From an uncultured delta proteobacterium (GTDB taxonomy: Bacteria > Desulfobacterota > Desulfobacteria > Desulfobacterales > Desulfosalsimonadaceae): 64,000 nt of DNA. The notes beneath the pieces were generated by a model, which was not told the DNA's origin, searched no databases, and was given only the letters and a program-made list of their open reading frames with translations. The translations under genes were made by a program, and so were the position numbers. This document shows, piece by piece, positions 39,538 through 50,153 of the stretch. The stretch's first letter is position 1. Each line of letters opens with the position of its first letter. The stretch spans positions 1 to 64,000 of the forward strand of contig CAWGYD010000003.1 of NCBI GenBank assembly GCA_963826785.1, read 5' to 3'.

Positions 39538-39892
39538 TGCCGAACTCTCTATCGTGATCACCGATGATGCGGGCATCAGGGAATTAAATGGGCAGTACCG
39601 GAACCGGCCGGAGCCCACCAACGTACTGGCCTTTCCCATGCAGGAAGGCGAATTTTCCGGCATCCATCCGGACATTCTGGGCGACGTGGTGATCTCCATG
39701 GAAACGGCGGCCAGGGAGGCATCAGATTTGGGAACCACCGTTGAGGCACGCTTCAAATTTCTGCTGATCCATGGGATTCTGCACCTTTTCGGGTATGACC
39801 ACGAAGCCGGTATTGATCAGGAACGGCAGATGGAAGAAAAGAGCGAGGCTTTGTTTGCAATGATCGAAAACCTGAAAATCAAGGTGGCATGA
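39437..39892 (+). CDS. ybeY: rRNA maturation endoribonuclease
   Basis: PTNVLAF, LGDVVIS, HGILHLFGYDH. Confidence 0.95.
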   Translation: MAILIDNQQKSHRTAPSQIRKTAQALLNALDSPDAELSIVITDDAGIRELNGQYRNRPEPTNVLAFPMQEGEFSGIHPDILGDVVISMETAAREASDLGTTVEARFKFLLIHGILHLFGYDHEAGIDQERQMEEKSEALFAMIENLKIKVA

Positions 39893-40611
39893 TGGCCCGA
39901 CTGGCAGTCAATGTGGATCATATCGCGACCCTCCGGCAGGCCCGGGGGACGCAATACCCCGACCCGGTGGCCGCGGCCGTGCTGGCGGAGCTGGCAGGTG
40001 CGGACGGCATTGTCGTTCATTTAAGAGAGGACCGGCGCCACATACAGGACCGGGACGTATACCTCCTTAGAAAAACCGTGACCACGAAGCTGATCCTCGA
40101 AATGGCGGCCACGGAAAAGATGATCGGCATTGCCAAAGAGGTCCGCCCGGACCTGGTGACCCTGGTGCCGGAAAAGCGGGAGGAGCTGACCACGGAAGGG
40201 GGACTGGATGTCATCACCCACCACCGGAACGTGGCATCGGCCATCGAGGCGCTGCACGGCGCTTCTATTCCGGTGAGCCTGTTTTTGGACCCGGAAGCGG
40301 AGATGATCAAAACGGCGGGCAAAATCAATGCCGATATGATCGAAATTCACACCGGCACATACTGCGACGCCATAGACCTTCGGGAGCGGGATGCGGCCTT
40401 TGCCGACATTATCGCCGCGGCCAAGACCGCACATTCGCTCAACCTGGGGGTCAATGCCGGCCACGGGCTCGACTACCAGAGCATCAAACGATTTGCGGGA
40501 CTTACTGAAATTGACGAATTCAGCATCGGCCACAGCATCATCTCCCGTGCCGCCCTGGTGGGAATGGACGCCGCCGTCCGGGAAATGGCCCGGCTGATCC
40601 GGGAGCTGTAA
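39889..40611 (+). CDS. pdxJ: Pyridoxine 5'-phosphate synthase
   Basis: VNVDHIATLRQAR, HLREDRRHI, ELTTEGG, NAGHGL, IGHSII. Confidence 0.97.
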   Translation: MMARLAVNVDHIATLRQARGTQYPDPVAAAVLAELAGADGIVVHLREDRRHIQDRDVYLLRKTVTTKLILEMAATEKMIGIAKEVRPDLVTLVPEKREELTTEGGLDVITHHRNVASAIEALHGASIPVSLFLDPEAEMIKTAGKINADMIEIHTGTYCDAIDLRERDAAFADIIAAAKTAHSLNLGVNAGHGLDYQSIKRFAGLTEIDEFSIGHSIISRAALVGMDAAVREMARLIREL

Positions 40612-40628
40612 ACCCCGAAGGGTTTTTT
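40610..40628 (+). terminator. Short hairpin + T tract after pdxJ
   Basis: AAACCC-CGAA-GGGTTT-TTT. Confidence 0.45.
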
Positions 40629-40655
40629 AGCAAAAGCGATCATTACGGTTTTCAA

Positions 40656-42301
40656 ATGTATCTTTTGACTGCAGATGAAATGCGAAAGATGGACCGCAGC
40701 ACCATTGAAATTTCGGTCTGCCGGGCCGGGTGCTGATGGAAAACGCCGGCCGGGGCGCAGCCCGGGTGCTGATGGAAGCCTGGCCCAAACTTTCGGCAAA
40801 GCCGGTGGGCATCGCCGCGGGACGGGGAAACAACGGCGGGGACGGGTTTGTCATTGCCCGGTGCCTGGCCCGGCACGGCATCGTGCCCACGGTCTATCTG
40901 CTGACGGAAAGCAGCCGTCTGTCCGGGGATGCGGCTGCCAATTTTGCCCTTCTTTCCCCCATGGGTATTGCCGTCCGGGAAATCCCCGGCCCGTCCGCAT
41001 TTGAACAGTACAAAACGGAAATGGCCCACCAGTCCCTGTGGGTGGATGCCATTCTCGGCACGGGTCTCAATTCCGAAGTCAGGGGGTACTATCAAGCCGT
41101 CATCGACTTTATTAATCATTTGAAAACGCCCGTCCTGGCCGTAGACATCGCATCGGGCCTGCATACGGATACGGGCCGGCCCTGCGGCGCCTGCATCCGG
41201 GCGGACGTCACCGTCACCTTCGCGTTCCCCAAGCTGGGGCATGTGCTGTTGCCGGGGCCGGATTACACCGGTGCCCTGCACGTGATCGACATCGGCATTC
41301 CGGATCACATGGCATCTGCAACAGACCCCCGGCAGCATCTGATCATGGCCGATGCGGTCCGCGGGCTTATGAAACCCCGGCCTGAAGATATCCACAAGGG
41401 CCAGACCGGCCATTTGCTGGTGCTGGCGGGCGCTCCCGGCAAATCCGGGGCCGCGGTCATGAGTGCGTCCGCCGCCCTGCGGACCGGGGCAGGACTGGTG
41501 ACCCTCGGGGTCCCGGAGCGCATTTTTTCGACAGTGGAAGAAAAGACGGTCGAAATCATGACCCATCCCCTGCCCTGCACCGCATCCGGATACCTGGATG
41601 ATCGGGGCGGCAATGAAATCACCGGCCTGCTGTCGGATAAAAAATGTCTGGCCATCGGCCCCGGCATCGGCACAGCCCCGGAAACCCGGGAACTGGTGCG
41701 CGAACTGGTCCGAACCAGCCCCGTGCCGGTGGTGGTGGATGCAGACGGCCTAAACAACCTGGCCGATGATCCGGCCATTCTCAAAGACTGTAAATCCAAA
41801 ATCGTTCTGACCCCGCATCCCGGAGAAATGGCCCGGCTCATCGGCGCGACGCCGGCGGCGGTCCAGGAGGACCGCATCGGATGCGCCCGCCGGTTCGCCC
41901 GGACCTACAATGTCCATCTTGTATTGAAGGGGGCCCGAACCGTGATCGCCACGCCGGACGGGCACGTGTATGTCAACCTGACCGGAAACCCCGGCATGGC
42001 CTCTGCCGGCATGGGGGATGTGCTCACGGGCATGGTGGCAGGGCTTATCTGCCAGGGATATTCGCCGGCCGTTGCCGCGACCCTGGCGGTTTTCATTCAC
42101 GGCGCGGCCGCAGACCGGGTGGGCGTTAACCAGCCGGTGGGATACATCGCCTCGGACGTGATCGCCGCCATTGCCGGCGCAATCGCCGATCTGCATTCGA
42201 GAAAAGCCGCTTCTGCATCCCCGGGGGTCCAGATTCCCGACTCGTCACGTCCTTTGATTGACCATGGTCTCTTTTGCCATCCGATCCCAGTCGCCCGATG
42301 A
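40656..42301 (+). CDS. nnr: Bifunctional NAD(P)H-hydrate epimerase/dehydratase (frameshift ~40710)
   Basis: MYLLTADEMRKMD then LMENAG, GNNGGDG, DAILGTG, HKG, GPGIG, VDADGL, TPHPGE, GMGDVLTG. Confidence 0.93.
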
Positions 42302-42746
42302 CACCCGAAAGATCGGGGAATGTGTCGGCCGTTTCATCAGCGCCAAAACCGTTATCGTCTTAAACGGCGACCTCGGGTGCGGCAAAACCGTGTTTGTGGC
42401 CGGTCTGGCAAAAGGGCTGGATGTTCCCGGAACCTACTATATCACCAGCCCCACCTATGCCATCATCAACGAGTATCCGGGCCGGCTGCCGCTTTTTCAC
42501 ATTGACCTTTACCGGATAGCGGATGCCGATGAACTCGATGACATCGGGTTTGAGGAAATCCAGGGTCGAATCGGGGTCATGGCCATCGAATGGGCCGAAC
42601 GGATATCTTCTGATGAACTCCGCCCCGATCTGTCTGTTCAATTGACCATGGATGGTGAAAATTCCCGTAGACTGCACTTTTTTTTCTATGGACGTCGATA
42701 TGCAAATCTGGTAGATCAGCTCAAAATCAATTTCGAAGCGGCATAG
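42264..42746 (+). CDS. tsaE: tRNA threonylcarbamoyladenosine biosynthesis ATPase
   Basis: GDLGCGKT, SPTYAIINEY, HIDLYR, IEWAE. Confidence 0.95.
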   Translation: MVSFAIRSQSPDDTRKIGECVGRFISAKTVIVLNGDLGCGKTVFVAGLAKGLDVPGTYYITSPTYAIINEYPGRLPLFHIDLYRIADADELDDIGFEEIQGRIGVMAIEWAERISSDELRPDLSVQLTMDGENSRRLHFFFYGRRYANLVDQLKINFEAA

Positions 42747-42868
42747 GGCCGGCCGGACCGGGCCGGAATCCGGACTTTCCGGGCCTGCTGCCGGGTACCG
42801 TATCCCGCACGGATCCCGACCCGGGCAGGATTTACAAATTCATTCCCTTTTGTTCATAAGAGGCAAAT

Positions 42869-44089
42869 ATGGCACTGATCGTACAGAAATACGGCGGCAC
42901 TTCGGTGGGCGATCTGGATCGGATCCGGAATGTGGCCGGCCGGATCGCCAGGACCTATGACCAGGGAGACGACGTGGTGGTCATCCTTTCGGCCATGAGC
43001 GGGGCGACCGACCAGCTCATCCGCACGGCGGAACAGGTCACCGAATTTCCCGACAAGCGGGAGCTCGATGTGCTGCTGTCCACCGGCGAACAGACCACGG
43101 TTGCGCTCATGGCCATGACCCTGATCTCCATGGGCTACAAGGCCCGGTCCCTGCTGGGACATCAGACGGAAATCCTGACCGACAGCCAGTCCTGCTCGGC
43201 CCGCATCTTAGACATCGGGGCGACCCGGCTCAAGGAACTCCTCTCCCAGCGCCATATCGTGATCGTAGCCGGATTTCAGGGCTGCGACGCCCAGGGGAAC
43301 ATCACCACCCTGGGCCGCGGCGGATCAGACACCTCGGCCGTTGCGGTCGCAGCGGCCATTCACGCGGATAAATGCGAGATTTATACCGATGTGGACGGCA
43401 TCTACACGGCCGATCCCAACATCTGCTCAAAGGCCCGGAAACTGGACAAGATCTCCTATGACGAGATGCTGGAAATGGCGAGTCTGGGGGCGAAAGTGCT
43501 TCAGATCCGATCGGTCGAATTCGCCAAGAAATATAACGTACCCATTCATGTCAGATCATCCTTTAATGATGAGGAAGGAACCATGGTGATTAACGAGGAT
43601 GCCAATATGGAGAAAGTGGTGGTCTCCGGCGTGACCCACAATAAGAATCAGGCCCGCATCACCCTGCGCAAGGTCCCGGATAAACCGGGAATCGCCACGA
43701 AAATCTTTTCTCCCATTGCCGATGCCGGCATCCAGGTGGATATGATCATCCAGAATACCCGGTCCGGAAACATGACGGATATGACGTTTACCGTGGGAAA
43801 GACCGATTTCAAAGCCGCCATGAAGATCGCCCGGGACACGGCGGAAGAAATCAGGGCCGAAGAAGTGGTGGGGGATGAAAACATCGCCAAGGTATCCGTG
43901 GTGGGCGTGGGCATGCGAAGCCACTCCGGTGTGGCATCCAAAATGTTTTCCGCCCTGTCGGCCGAAAACATCAACATCCTGATGATCAGCACATCGGAAA
44001 TCCGGATTTCCTGCGCCATCGAGGAAAAATACACCGAACTGGCGGTCCGGGCGCTCCATTCCGCTTTCGACCTGGACCAGGCCGGCTGA
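42869..44089 (+). CDS. lysC: Aspartate kinase
   Basis: [26 protein letters not shown]; two ACT domains. Confidence 0.96.
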   Translation: MALIVQKYGGTSVGDLDRIRNVAGRIARTYDQGDDVVVILSAMSGATDQLIRTAEQVTEFPDKRELDVLLSTGEQTTVALMAMTLISMGYKARSLLGHQTEILTDSQSCSARILDIGATRLKELLSQRHIVIVAGFQGCDAQGNITTLGRGGSDTSAVAVAAAIHADKCEIYTDVDGIYTADPNICSKARKLDKISYDEMLEMASLGAKVLQIRSVEFAKKYNVPIHVRSSFNDEEGTMVINEDANMEKVVVSGVTHNKNQARITLRKVPDKPGIATKIFSPIADAGIQVDMIIQNTRSGNMTDMTFTVGKTDFKAAMKIARDTAEEIRAEEVVGDENIAKVSVVGVGMRSHSGVASKMFSALSAENINILMISTSEIRISCAIEEKYTELAVRALHSAFDLDQAG

Positions 44090-44101
44090 ATCCATCCGCA
44101 A

Positions 44102-44194
44102 ATGAAGCATTTTAGCGCCGATCAGCTGCGGGTGGCGCTCTTTATCGGCCTGATCATCGCAGGCGTTACCCTTCTGCGTTATTTTTCAGGCTGA
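44102..44194 (+). CDS. Putative 30-aa single-TM small protein
   Basis: MKHFSADQLRVALFIGLIIAGVTLLRYFSG*, 12 nt after the lysC stop; below the ORF-track size cutoff. Confidence 0.45.
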   Translation: MKHFSADQLRVALFIGLIIAGVTLLRYFSG

Positions 44195-44928
44195 TCCGGC
44201 AGTTTCGCCAGGGCATCCCCGATTTCATCGGCGATCCGGCGTGCCGCCGCTACCGGATCTCCGGCATCGCGTATCGGCCGGCCGATCACCAGGTAATCCG
44301 ATCCGTTGGCCACGGCCATGGCCGGCGTGACGACCCGCTGCTGGTCATCATCATGCCCGCATTTCTGATCCGGCCGGATGCCCGGGGTGATCGCCAGAAA
44401 TTGATTCCCGAAGATCTCCTTGATCATTTTTACTTCATGGCCGGAACAGACCACGCCCGCGCATCCGGCGGTATTGGCCATGGCTGCCCGGTGCAGCACC
44501 AGTTTCGTCAGGTCACCGGCCATCTCCTCGGAAAAACCGCATGCCCGGATATCTTCTGCCGACACGCTGGTCAGCACCGTAACCCCGAGCACCCCGACTT
44601 TGCCTTTCGCCCCTTCAACTGCCGCACGGAGCATTTCGGCTGATTCCCCGCAGTGCACCGTGGCAAGGGCCACGTCGTATTCGGCGATCTGCGACATGGC
44701 CCGGGAAACGGTTACGGGGATGTCGTGAAGTTTCAGGTCCAGAAAAATTCCGGCGTCCCCGGCCTCTCGGATTCTCTCGATGATTTCGGGCCCTGACCGG
44801 ATGAACAGCTCGAGTCCCACCTTGAACATGCCCACTTCACCCGACAGTTGACGGACGCTGGCGTAAGCCGCTTCTTTGGACGGCATGTCAAGGGGGAAGA
44901 TAATGTAATCTTTAGCGGATCGGCTCAT
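44179..44928 (-). CDS. pyrF: Orotidine-5'-phosphate decarboxylase
   Basis: FKVGLEL, FLDLKLHDIPVT, VTVLTS, TPGIRP, VIGRPI. Confidence 0.96.
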   Translation of the reverse strand: MSRSAKDYIIFPLDMPSKEAAYASVRQLSGEVGMFKVGLELFIRSGPEIIERIREAGDAGIFLDLKLHDIPVTVSRAMSQIAEYDVALATVHCGESAEMLRAAVEGAKGKVGVLGVTVLTSVSAEDIRACGFSEEMAGDLTKLVLHRAAMANTAGCAGVVCSGHEVKMIKEIFGNQFLAITPGIRPDQKCGHDDDQQRVVTPAMAVANGSDYLVIGRPIRDAGDPVAAARRIADEIGDALAKLPDQPEK

Positions 44929-45229
44929 TTTTTCCTTCCGGCACAAGGGGTTGAAAGGTCATCTGCTGCTGGATACGATCATTTTTTATCAGTATAGTAC
45001 AATTGCACAAAGAAGCAAACCCCTGCTGCCGGGCAACCCGGAAGCCGCTTGATTCTGTTTGCGGCAAACATCCGCATTTCGGGGAAAAAGAGTTGAAAAC
45101 ACGTGAACCGAAATGGTATGAAACCATGATTATTAAATTTTTTGAAGTACATAACGGGCGGGTGGAGGTCTTCAGGCACCGGCACCCCATCTGTCCGCAT
45201 GGCAATAAATGCATATAAACGAAATGATT

Positions 45230-46668
45230 ATGCCCGAAAACCCGAAAAATAGACCCGACCCGCGCCAGAAGCGCCTTCTCAAAAGCCTTCCCGGGGTGGA
45301 CCGGATGCTGGAACTGGCGCAGGCCGCCCCCGACTTTAATGAAGCGCCCCGATCCGTGATCACCCAATCGGTGCGGCGGGTGCTGGACCGGCTTCGCAGG
45401 GCGATCCTGGAAAATGATGCCGAAATCCGGGATGACATGATCGATGAACAGGCCATTCTCAAACAGGCCGCCTCCGCCGTGGCGGCCGCCATGCGCGACA
45501 ACCTGGCACCGGTCATCAACGCCACGGGCGTGGTGGTGCACACCAACCTGGGGCGCTCTCTTCTGGCAAAAAGTGCGCTGGCGCATATCCTCTCCATTTC
45601 CGGCCGCTATTCCAACCTGGAGTTCAATCTTTGCTTGGGGAAGCGGGGATCGCGCTACAGCCTGGTGGAGGACCTGATCTGCGAAATCAGCGGCGCAGAA
45701 GCCGCCCTGGCCGTAAACAACAATGCGGCAGCGGTCCTGCTCTGCCTGGATACCATCGCAAGCGGCCGGGAGGTGATCGTATCCCGGGGCGAACTGGTGG
45801 AAATCGGCGGGTCTTTCCGCATCCCCGATGTCATGGCCAAAAGCGGGGCGCCATGAAAGAGGTGGGCACCACCAACCGCACCCATCCCCATGATTATCAG
45901 CGGGCCATCACCGAGAACACCGGGCTGCTTTTAAAGGTGCACACCAGCAACTTCGGCATCATCGGGTTCACCTCGTCGGTATCGCTTGCGGAACTGGTGG
46001 ATATCGGCCGGCAGCATCACCTGCCGGTCATGGAAGACCTGGGAAGCGGAACCTTCATCGATTTTTCACGCTACGGACTGATCAAGGAGCCCACGGTCCA
46101 GGAATCGGTATCAGCCGGCGCCGATGTGGTCACCTTCTCCGGGGACAAGCTGCTGGGCGGCCCCCAGGCGGGCATCATCGCCGGTGCCAAGCCGATCATC
46201 GACCGGATCAAACAAAATCCCCTGACCCGGGCCCTGCGGATCGATAAACTCACCCTGGCCGCACTGGAAAGCACCCTGCGGCTTTACCGGGAGGAGTCTG
46301 CCGCCGTCGCGCAGATTCCCACTTTGAATATGATTACCGCCCCTCTGGAAACGGTTGACCAAAAGGCCGAACAGATCAAGGGCCTTCTGGACGGGCTCAA
46401 CAACCGGAAGCTGTCGGTGAACGTCATTGATTCCCGGGCCAAAGCCGGGGGGGGATCGTTTCCGTTGCTTGAAATTCCCAGCAGGTGCGTCAGCATCCGG
46501 GTGAAGGGCAAAAACGCAAACCAGATCGAGGCACACATGCGAAACAGCACGCCGCCGGTCATCGGAAGGATCGAGGAGGATATGTATCTGATGGACATGA
46601 GGACCGTCCTGCCGGAAGAACTGCAGGACATCGCCCGGGCAATAACCGCACTCATAGAAGGAATTTGA
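45230..46668 (+). CDS. selA: L-seryl-tRNA(Sec) selenium transferase (frameshift ~45852)
   Basis: INATGVVVHTNLGR, YSNLE, NNNAAA, RGELVEIGGSFRIP; then EVGTTNRT, EDLGSG, FSGDKLLGGPQAG. Confidence 0.95.
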
Positions 46669-46670
46669 TC

Positions 46671-47996
46671 ATGTCGCATCCCCCCGAAGGGATTCATCCC
46701 CATCGGATGTCAAACGGCGATTTTCTGTTTTCGAGAACCCGGCCCGAAACGGAAGCCGGCCAGGAAGAAAAAGAGACGGTCATTTCACTCGACCGGCTCA
46801 GGCAGGCTTATCCGGAACTGCTGACCGACAACGGACTGGTGGATGCGGCCCGGCAGAAACTGATGGCCTTTGACCGCTTCGGCGCACTGGTCATCCGGAT
46901 CGACGATCTGAACTACCTGATGGCCCCGGATGACCTGATGCTCGACCTGGTTCGGACGGTGGATACGATCTGCGGAAAGCATGACGGGATATGGGGGATT
47001 CTGGAACATGGCCTGACCGGGTGCTTTTTCCCGGAAAAGGATGAAAAACAATGCACGCTGATTGCCGAATCGATCAAAAAAGAACTGGCCGGCACCCACA
47101 AAGAAACCCTGACGGCGGGGATCGCGATTTTTCCCACCATTTCCTACCAGAAAGGGCATATCCTGAAAAATGCGTTAAAAGCCCTCGATCATGCCGAGTT
47201 TCTGGGTCCGGATGCCTGCGTGGCCTTCGATTCGATCAGCCTCAACATCAGCGGGGACAAGTGCTACCAGGAAGGTGACATCGATGAAGCCGTGGCGGAA
47301 TTTGAACGGGCGCTTCAACTCGACCCCAAAAACATCAATGTCCACAACAGCCTGGGGGTATGCCTCGGGATGAAAGGGAAACTGGACCGGGCACTGGCCC
47401 AGTTCGAACTGGCCATCGGGTTTGCCCCCGATGAAGTGATGGCCATTTACAATGCCGGATACGTGCACTTCCTGAAAAAGGAATTTGACAAGGCCCTTCA
47501 ATATCTGCTTCGGTCCCGGAAAATCGACCCGGATCTTTTTGAACCGGCGATCCAGACGGGGCGGGTCCTTTTGGAGATGAACCGCCCGGAAAAAGCAAAA
47601 AAGTTTCTGGCCCATGCCGCCGGTCTGAATCCAGGCTCCGGCGCGGCATTCCGCCTGCTGGGGGACTGCTGCGTCCTTCTGGATCAGCCGGCGGAAGCCG
47701 TGGCCGCATACAATACCGCCCTGAAGATCAATCCCGAGGATGCGGCGGCCCTTTCCGCCCTGGGGTTTTACTATGAGATGCAGAACCAGAATGCGGATAT
47801 CGCCCTGCTCTTCTGCCGGCAGGCAACAGAAATTCTGCCGGACAACGGCCTGTTCCATCACCGGCTGGGGCGGCTATATCTCAACCGGAAAGAATATGAA
47901 CCCGCCATGGCCGAATTTACCCGGGCGGCTGACCTCGGCCACGACAGCGCCGAATATGTCAAAAAAACCTATACACTGATGGCCAAAGCCCAATGA
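46671..47996 (+). CDS. TPR-repeat protein with N-terminal degenerate GGDEF-like domain
   Basis: ALVIRIDD, WGILEHG in place of GGDEF, LTAGIAIFP, ALKALDHA; several TPRs (HNSLGVCL, YNAGY, RLLGDC, HRLGRLY). Confidence 0.75.
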   Translation: MSHPPEGIHPHRMSNGDFLFSRTRPETEAGQEEKETVISLDRLRQAYPELLTDNGLVDAARQKLMAFDRFGALVIRIDDLNYLMAPDDLMLDLVRTVDTICGKHDGIWGILEHGLTGCFFPEKDEKQCTLIAESIKKELAGTHKETLTAGIAIFPTISYQKGHILKNALKALDHAEFLGPDACVAFDSISLNISGDKCYQEGDIDEAVAEFERALQLDPKNINVHNSLGVCLGMKGKLDRALAQFELAIGFAPDEVMAIYNAGYVHFLKKEFDKALQYLLRSRKIDPDLFEPAIQTGRVLLEMNRPEKAKKFLAHAAGLNPGSGAAFRLLGDCCVLLDQPAEAVAAYNTALKINPEDAAALSALGFYYEMQNQNADIALLFCRQATEILPDNGLFHHRLGRLYLNRKEYEPAMAEFTRAADLGHDSAEYVKKTYTLMAKAQ

Positions 47997-48571
47997 AAGA
48001 GATCATATTGCGGCATCTGGAGGAGAGCGTTCGTCTCAAATCCGAATTCATCCGGCGCCATGCCGGCCAGATGGAAGATGCCGCGCAGATGATGGCCATG
48101 GTACTGGCGGACGGCGGCAAGGTGATGATCTTCGGCAACGGCGGCAGCGCCGCAGATGCCCAGCATATCGCGGCCGAACTGGTCAACCGTTTCCAGGTCG
48201 ACCGCGCGCCCCTTGCGGCTATCGCCCTGACCACCGATACTTCGATTATCACCGCGATTTCCAATGATTTCGACTTTGCCGACATTTTTGCCCGGCAGAT
48301 CCGGGCCCTGGGGCGAAAAGGCGATCTGGCCTGGGGGATCAGCACCAGCGGAAATTCGCCAAACGTGATGACGGGATTGCAGCAGGCCAGACAGATGGGC
48401 CTCAAAACCCTGGGACTGGCCGGCGAAGCCGCCGGGAAAATGACCGGCCATTGCGACATGTGCCTGTGCGTATCCGGCGGAACCCCGCCAAGGATACAGG
48501 AGACGCACATCACCGTGGCCCATATCCTCTGCGACCTGGTGGATCGGATTTTATTTCCGGAAAAATTTTAA
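47993..48571 (+). CDS. gmhA: Phosphoheptose isomerase
   Basis: GNGGSAADAQH, ISTSGNS, RIQETH. Confidence 0.95.
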   Translation: MKEIILRHLEESVRLKSEFIRRHAGQMEDAAQMMAMVLADGGKVMIFGNGGSAADAQHIAAELVNRFQVDRAPLAAIALTTDTSIITAISNDFDFADIFARQIRALGRKGDLAWGISTSGNSPNVMTGLQQARQMGLKTLGLAGEAAGKMTGHCDMCLCVSGGTPPRIQETHITVAHILCDLVDRILFPEKF

Positions 48572-48669
48572 CCTTTTTTTTCTCGTTGAGACGCAAACCC
48601 TTCGCATCCCTGCGGGAGACATGCCCCGCGTCTTTCCGGATCAGCAAGAAAATCATTGAGGGATATGCC

Positions 48670-49635
48670 ATGAATCATCGAATCCCCCCGCTGGATCTTG
48701 ACGATCTGAAAACCTATCCCCTGTCCGAACGAAAAAGCCTGGTTTCCACATCCGATTTTGCCGTCCCCCATGAAACAGGCGCTTCGTTTGTCCGCTTCCT
48801 TTCGAGCCTGCCCGGGATCCTGGCGGGAAAAGAGCTCCGTGAGGTCATCGATGCCCTGGCAAAGGCGAGCAAAAACGACAGAACGGTCATATTCGCCATG
48901 GGCGCGCATGTCATCAAGGTCGGTCTTTCGCCATTGATTATCGACCTGATGGCGCGCGACCTCATCACCGCGGCGGCACTGAACGGGGCGGGCATCATCC
49001 ATGATTTTGAGATCGCCTTTGCCGGGTGCACCTCCGAGGACGTGGCCGCGGGAATCGGAGAAGGACGCTTCGGCATGGCCGAAGAAACCGGCGCCTGCCT
49101 GAGCCGGGCGATTGCGCTGGCCGAAACGGAAAGCATCGGCCTGGGCGAGGCGGTGGGCCGGTTCATCCTGCAGGAACAGATGCCCTATCGGCATCTGAGC
49201 ATCCTTGCCGAGGCATGCCGCCTGAACAAACCGGTGACGGTACACCTGGCCTTCGGCACGGATATTCTCCACATGCACCCGGCATTCGACCCCCGGGCCG
49301 CCGGGGGGGCCACCCACATGGATTTCAGGCGCTTCGCCCGCCTGGTCACCACGCTTTCCGGCGGGGTGTTCGTCAATATCGGGTCGGCGGTCATCCTGCC
49401 CGAAGTCTTTTTAAAGGCCCTGAGCCTGGCCAACAACCTGGGGTATGACATCTGCGGCCTGACCACGGTCAACCTGGATTTCATCCGGCAATACCGCCCC
49501 CTGACCAACGTGGTTCAGCGGCCGGTCCTAAAAGACGGCCGCGGATACAATCTGATCGGCCATCACGAGATCCTCTTGCCGCTCATCGCCGCCGGCCTCA
49601 TCGAACAGACCGGGCACTCCCCGGGGACGGATTGA
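48670..49635 (+). CDS. Conserved protein distantly resembling deoxyhypusine synthase
   Basis: MGAHVIKVGL, NGAGIIHD, FGMAEETG, NIGSAVILPEVFLKAL, GHHEILLP. Confidence 0.6.
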   Translation: MNHRIPPLDLDDLKTYPLSERKSLVSTSDFAVPHETGASFVRFLSSLPGILAGKELREVIDALAKASKNDRTVIFAMGAHVIKVGLSPLIIDLMARDLITAAALNGAGIIHDFEIAFAGCTSEDVAAGIGEGRFGMAEETGACLSRAIALAETESIGLGEAVGRFILQEQMPYRHLSILAEACRLNKPVTVHLAFGTDILHMHPAFDPRAAGGATHMDFRRFARLVTTLSGGVFVNIGSAVILPEVFLKALSLANNLGYDICGLTTVNLDFIRQYRPLTNVVQRPVLKDGRGYNLIGHHEILLPLIAAGLIEQTGHSPGTD

Positions 49636-49922
49636 AGGCATTGAATCTACTAAAAGGGTGCTTAGATTGAACAAGAATGTAAAAAATCCGTTTCGGGTAA
49701 TTTTTTGCGGAGGCCGAACGAAATCAGAAATTTGGGGCAAGATCAAGGAATGAAGACATTGGGCAAACACATGTTTTTATTCGCCGCTGTTTACTTGCGC
49801 GGCCAAATGCGCTATGAAAAATTTTTTCGCAAATGCCGAAAAAGTTGAGGCAACCCGGGGACGAATCGTTTTTCGCCCCTGCTCTCTTGAATGGATATAA
49901 AATAAGATAATGGAGTGTGTAA

Positions 49923-50153
49923 ATGCCGATATATGAATATCATTGCGACCAATGCAAAAAAAAGTTTGAAACCCTGGTGCTGGGAAGTGACACACCGGCC
50001 TGCCCCACCTGCGGGCGCGAGGACGTCCGAAGGGTGATGTCGGCCTGCGGATTTGTCAGCAAAGGCTCGGGCGGCCAAACCGTGAGTGCTTCGGCCGGTT
50101 CCTCCTCCTGCGGCGGCTGCACGTCGTCGAGCTGTTCCGGGTGCGGCCACTGA
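49923..50153 (+). CDS. FmdB-family zinc-ribbon protein
   Basis: MPIYEYHCDQC..FE..CPTCG, with a C-terminal CGGC..CSGC tail. Confidence 0.9.
   Translation: MPIYEYHCDQCKKKFETLVLGSDTPACPTCGREDVRRVMSACGFVSKGSGGQTVSASAGSSSCGGCTSSSCSGCGH

Noticed and set aside
42747..42868. GC-rich inverted repeats upstream of lysC as a lysine riboswitch
   Set aside because: The region is too short and no conserved L-box core or terminator is evident.
45003..45218. 71-aa Cys/His-containing ORF between pyrF and selA
   Set aside because: Non-ATG start, no recognisable family, and it occupies a divergent promoter region.
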